This document shows, piece after piece, positions 61,301 to 64,000 of a stretch of DNA of 64,000 bases. Location of the stretch: assembly GCA_040954595.2 (NCBI GenBank), contig CM082578.2:8417519-8481518 (forward strand), read 5' to 3'. The translations under genes and the position numbers were made by a program. The notes below the pieces were generated by a model that was given only the letters and a program-made list of their open reading frames with translations, had not been told where the DNA came from and made no database searches. Every line of letters begins with the position of its first letter. Position 1 is the stretch's first letter. The DNA comes from Balanoglossus misakiensis. Its lineage: Eukaryota > Animalia > Hemichordata.

Positions 61301-64000
61301 AAGTAGTTTATGATTTAAATGTTATATCATTCCCTTCACTGCCAAGCAAGTCTTGATATGACAGCTACATTCTAAAGTACTGTTCAAGTCGCTAAATCAG
61401 CAGACTTTTACGGTCAGGCTCCAACATGCAATTGTGGTGATAGCCACTCTACAAGTGCCCGTGGGTACAAGAGAGTCTGGTGGCATCTGAGGACATTCCT
61501 CCCAGCCCAGACAGAAAACTGGACCTTGACCTGGCTTGAAAGTTGATACTGAGAGATAACATAGCTAGCATACATAGACTAATCAGCAGCATGCTTCTCT
61601 CTGCATGGAGTTGACCTGGGGAGTTGACCCAGTGATGATATTGGACTTGTATCACTTCTACTCATTCTCAAGCATACTGATCAATGCTGGTATTGACCAT
61701 GTAAGTGTTTGCTTTGCAGCTGCAGACAGAAATACAATTTCTAATAATACATGTATCCACATTTCTGCTGCACGACCCCCAAGGACTGAGTTCTATATGT
61801 ATTCTATACCCCCCCCCCCCCACACACACACTCACTACCCCAGTCCCTGTTTCCTGCTTTAAAGGTCCAGCTTTTCCATATAAAAATAATAAGGACTCGG
61901 ACCAAACCAAAGTGTTGAAAGGGTTAAAATAACCATGTTCTACTACCGTAAAACATAGTCCGACATTGATGGATTATAATTGTCCAATGTGGTACCTGCT
62001 CTATCGGCCTTGGTGATGGCCATGCAAATTGTGTGTTCGCCATCAACAAGCCTGGATTGGACAGAGTGAGTAAGCAGCCTCATATAGCCCCTTTATTCGA
62101 CCAACATCTGTTGCCAAATCAAAATGATACACAGCATCATTGTGTCAAATCGGTTTTACACTGAGGCTTGTTATGATGTGACATCATTTTTATTCTGTCC
62201 ACGGAAGACGCAAATGCCAACAGTACTATACCAGCGTATTAACTATTATTCAGGTATGTTTCAAATATGCCAAATACACATATCTTTAATTATCATGGCA
62301 TGAGGCAGTATATTATTAAGTGCAGATCAGGTCATACGTGTTAGTGTAGTCTCTGTTTATCATAAAAAGCTATTTTTTATAATACAGGAAATCCAACATC
62401 CTTTACTGTTGCTCTGTATGTTGCTAATTTTACTCAGGTTGCATGACAACAAGTCTTGGTAAGATCCAAAAATAATGTCATCTGCATCATACCAAGGGTA
62501 GGATTCACTCTTGAAAAGGAAGTTCCCACACATAAACCTACTGACCTTGTTTGGTACATGTTAGTAGTGGTAGATGTGGAAATAAACATTCCTTTGTTGA
62601 TCACCATCAAAGTTTTGAATTTGATTAATGATTCTGATACTGGTATTATATTTTATAGAAAAGACAAAAACACAGATGTGCTGGCAAGTGTAATGATCAG
62701 TTTACAGAGCATTTGTGCCTGGGAGCAGAATGTAAACAAATGATGATCTTGTGCATTACATCAATCATAACACACAGTGTGTATTTTAACAATGAATCTT
62801 GATGTCATGTGTCATTGTTTAAAAAAATGTTCAAAATATTATTCTGCATTGCAACCTGTTTAGGAGTATTGTCAATATGTTGCATGATATTGATAAGACA
62901 ATGCAAACATATATGTTGTTGACATCAATTCCTTCCTAGTGAGATATGATGTTTTTTATGACAAGTTTCCCCAAGAGGCTTTTAGAAACGCACAAAGTGT
63001 GTTCTTAATAATTCGTTAAATAATGAAGTGACAGTCACTCTGACCATGACCAGCAAGAGACGTGACTGAAATGCAGCCCATATTAAATTGAAAATCTCCA
63101 ATGTACCGAGCTATGTATTCCTTCAAAAAGGGAACCTTTATTAGTCTAATAGCCTGTCTGTTTAGATGAAAAATTGCTCAAAGGATTTTCAAGGCAATCG
63201 TCAGCCACAGGCATTACTCACAACATGACAGTTTATTGTGCTCAAAAGTAGATTATTGATGTTGATAGATGAACACAAACATATTACCAACATATTCGTA
63301 TGTTGCTGTATGGAATCTCGATGCCTTAAAGGATTTCCAATGTCTGAGCCAAAGATGAATGTGGAGAACATTAAAAGATTTGACAAAAATCATTTTTCCC
63401 CAAAAACATGAATCACACAGGTGATGACTGTTTTCCTTCTGATGACAGGAAACTCAATACAGAAAACAATTATGCAACCATTCCTATAGCTTTCAACAGT
63501 GATATATAAATTACAATCAATCTTAATTAAACCGGAATCGCTAAATTACTGCAAATTAGATTTGGTAGTTAGCCTAAAATTGGAAGGAAATGTGTTTTGT
63601 AAAATTGAATATAATTATTTGAAAAGATAACAGTGAGTCCAATGTACCGATACTCTCTTATACAACCTGTGCAGTTTTTGTATTTATTCTGTCATAAAAT
63701 AACTATTTTTCCAACAACTGTTTCCTTTGGTCACAGCATCTGAACACTCTTCTCACTCTCAGACTACTTCTGCATTATCTGTTATCCCTGTATTCGTTTT
63801 TCCCCCCCTTTTTTCCCATAAATTTACATGTCTTATCCTGTATACCAATAATTATATATTCTATAAACAGCTTCATTTTTCCTGTCTTACAGAAATGTTC
63901 TGGGTTGCTGCAGCCAGAATATAGAAGTTTTAGTGTGGACCCACAGCTGACAACTTTTGAAACATTACAACAACTCCTAGTAAACGCTTTCTATCTTAAC
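58301..64000 (+). CDS. TBC1D25: TBC1 domain family member 25 (OATL1-like Rab-GAP), 3'-partial; exons 58301-58354 and 63893->64000
   Basis: MAAVTSPADREAIRIRVK|gtgagt ... tcttacag|KCSGLLQPEYRSFSVDPQLTTFETLQQLLVNAFYLN, matching the recalled TBC1D25 N-terminus (REVVRVRVKKCESFLPPEFRSFAVDPQITSLDVLQHILIRAF). Confidence 0.88.
59091..59250. mobile_element. 160-bp fold-back MITE with degenerate 9-bp TSD (GCATCCATC/GCAACCATC)
   Basis: ATCTGATTAAAATCAGATGTAG..TCTTTTACTTACGCA pairs with TGCGTAAGTAAAAGA..CTACATCTGATTTTAATCAGAT. Confidence 0.75.

Overview
AT-rich, intron-containing animal genomic DNA; gene content and repeats look like an invertebrate deuterostome, but the taxon is an inference. Seven protein-coding genes can be reconstructed from splice sites and frame continuity. 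In order: the 3' part of IMP4 (+); a single-coding-exon coiled-coil protein ending in a CaaX box (-); divergently, a two-exon 431-aa orphan (+) that starts with an MGCxxS acylation motif and, after a 15-kb intron, ends in a COPS9/CSNAP-like F/D-rich tail (VHQDFFN|DFDDCFDDDE); a seven-knuckle CNBP (+); PEX26 (-) head-to-head with F-actin capping protein alpha (+); and the first two exons of TBC1D25 (+). The 15-kb intron holds a 5-kb nest of Helentron-type non-autonomous elements (head-head-head-body-body-body inside a related outer element) and possibly a decayed antisense C-type lectin gene. Other items are several MITE families, a 590-bp fold-back element 39 nt upstream of the TBC1D25 ATG, two 20-22-bp hairpins with 7-bp target duplications, and RNA-hairpin candidates. 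All homology calls come from recalled family motifs; no database search was run.
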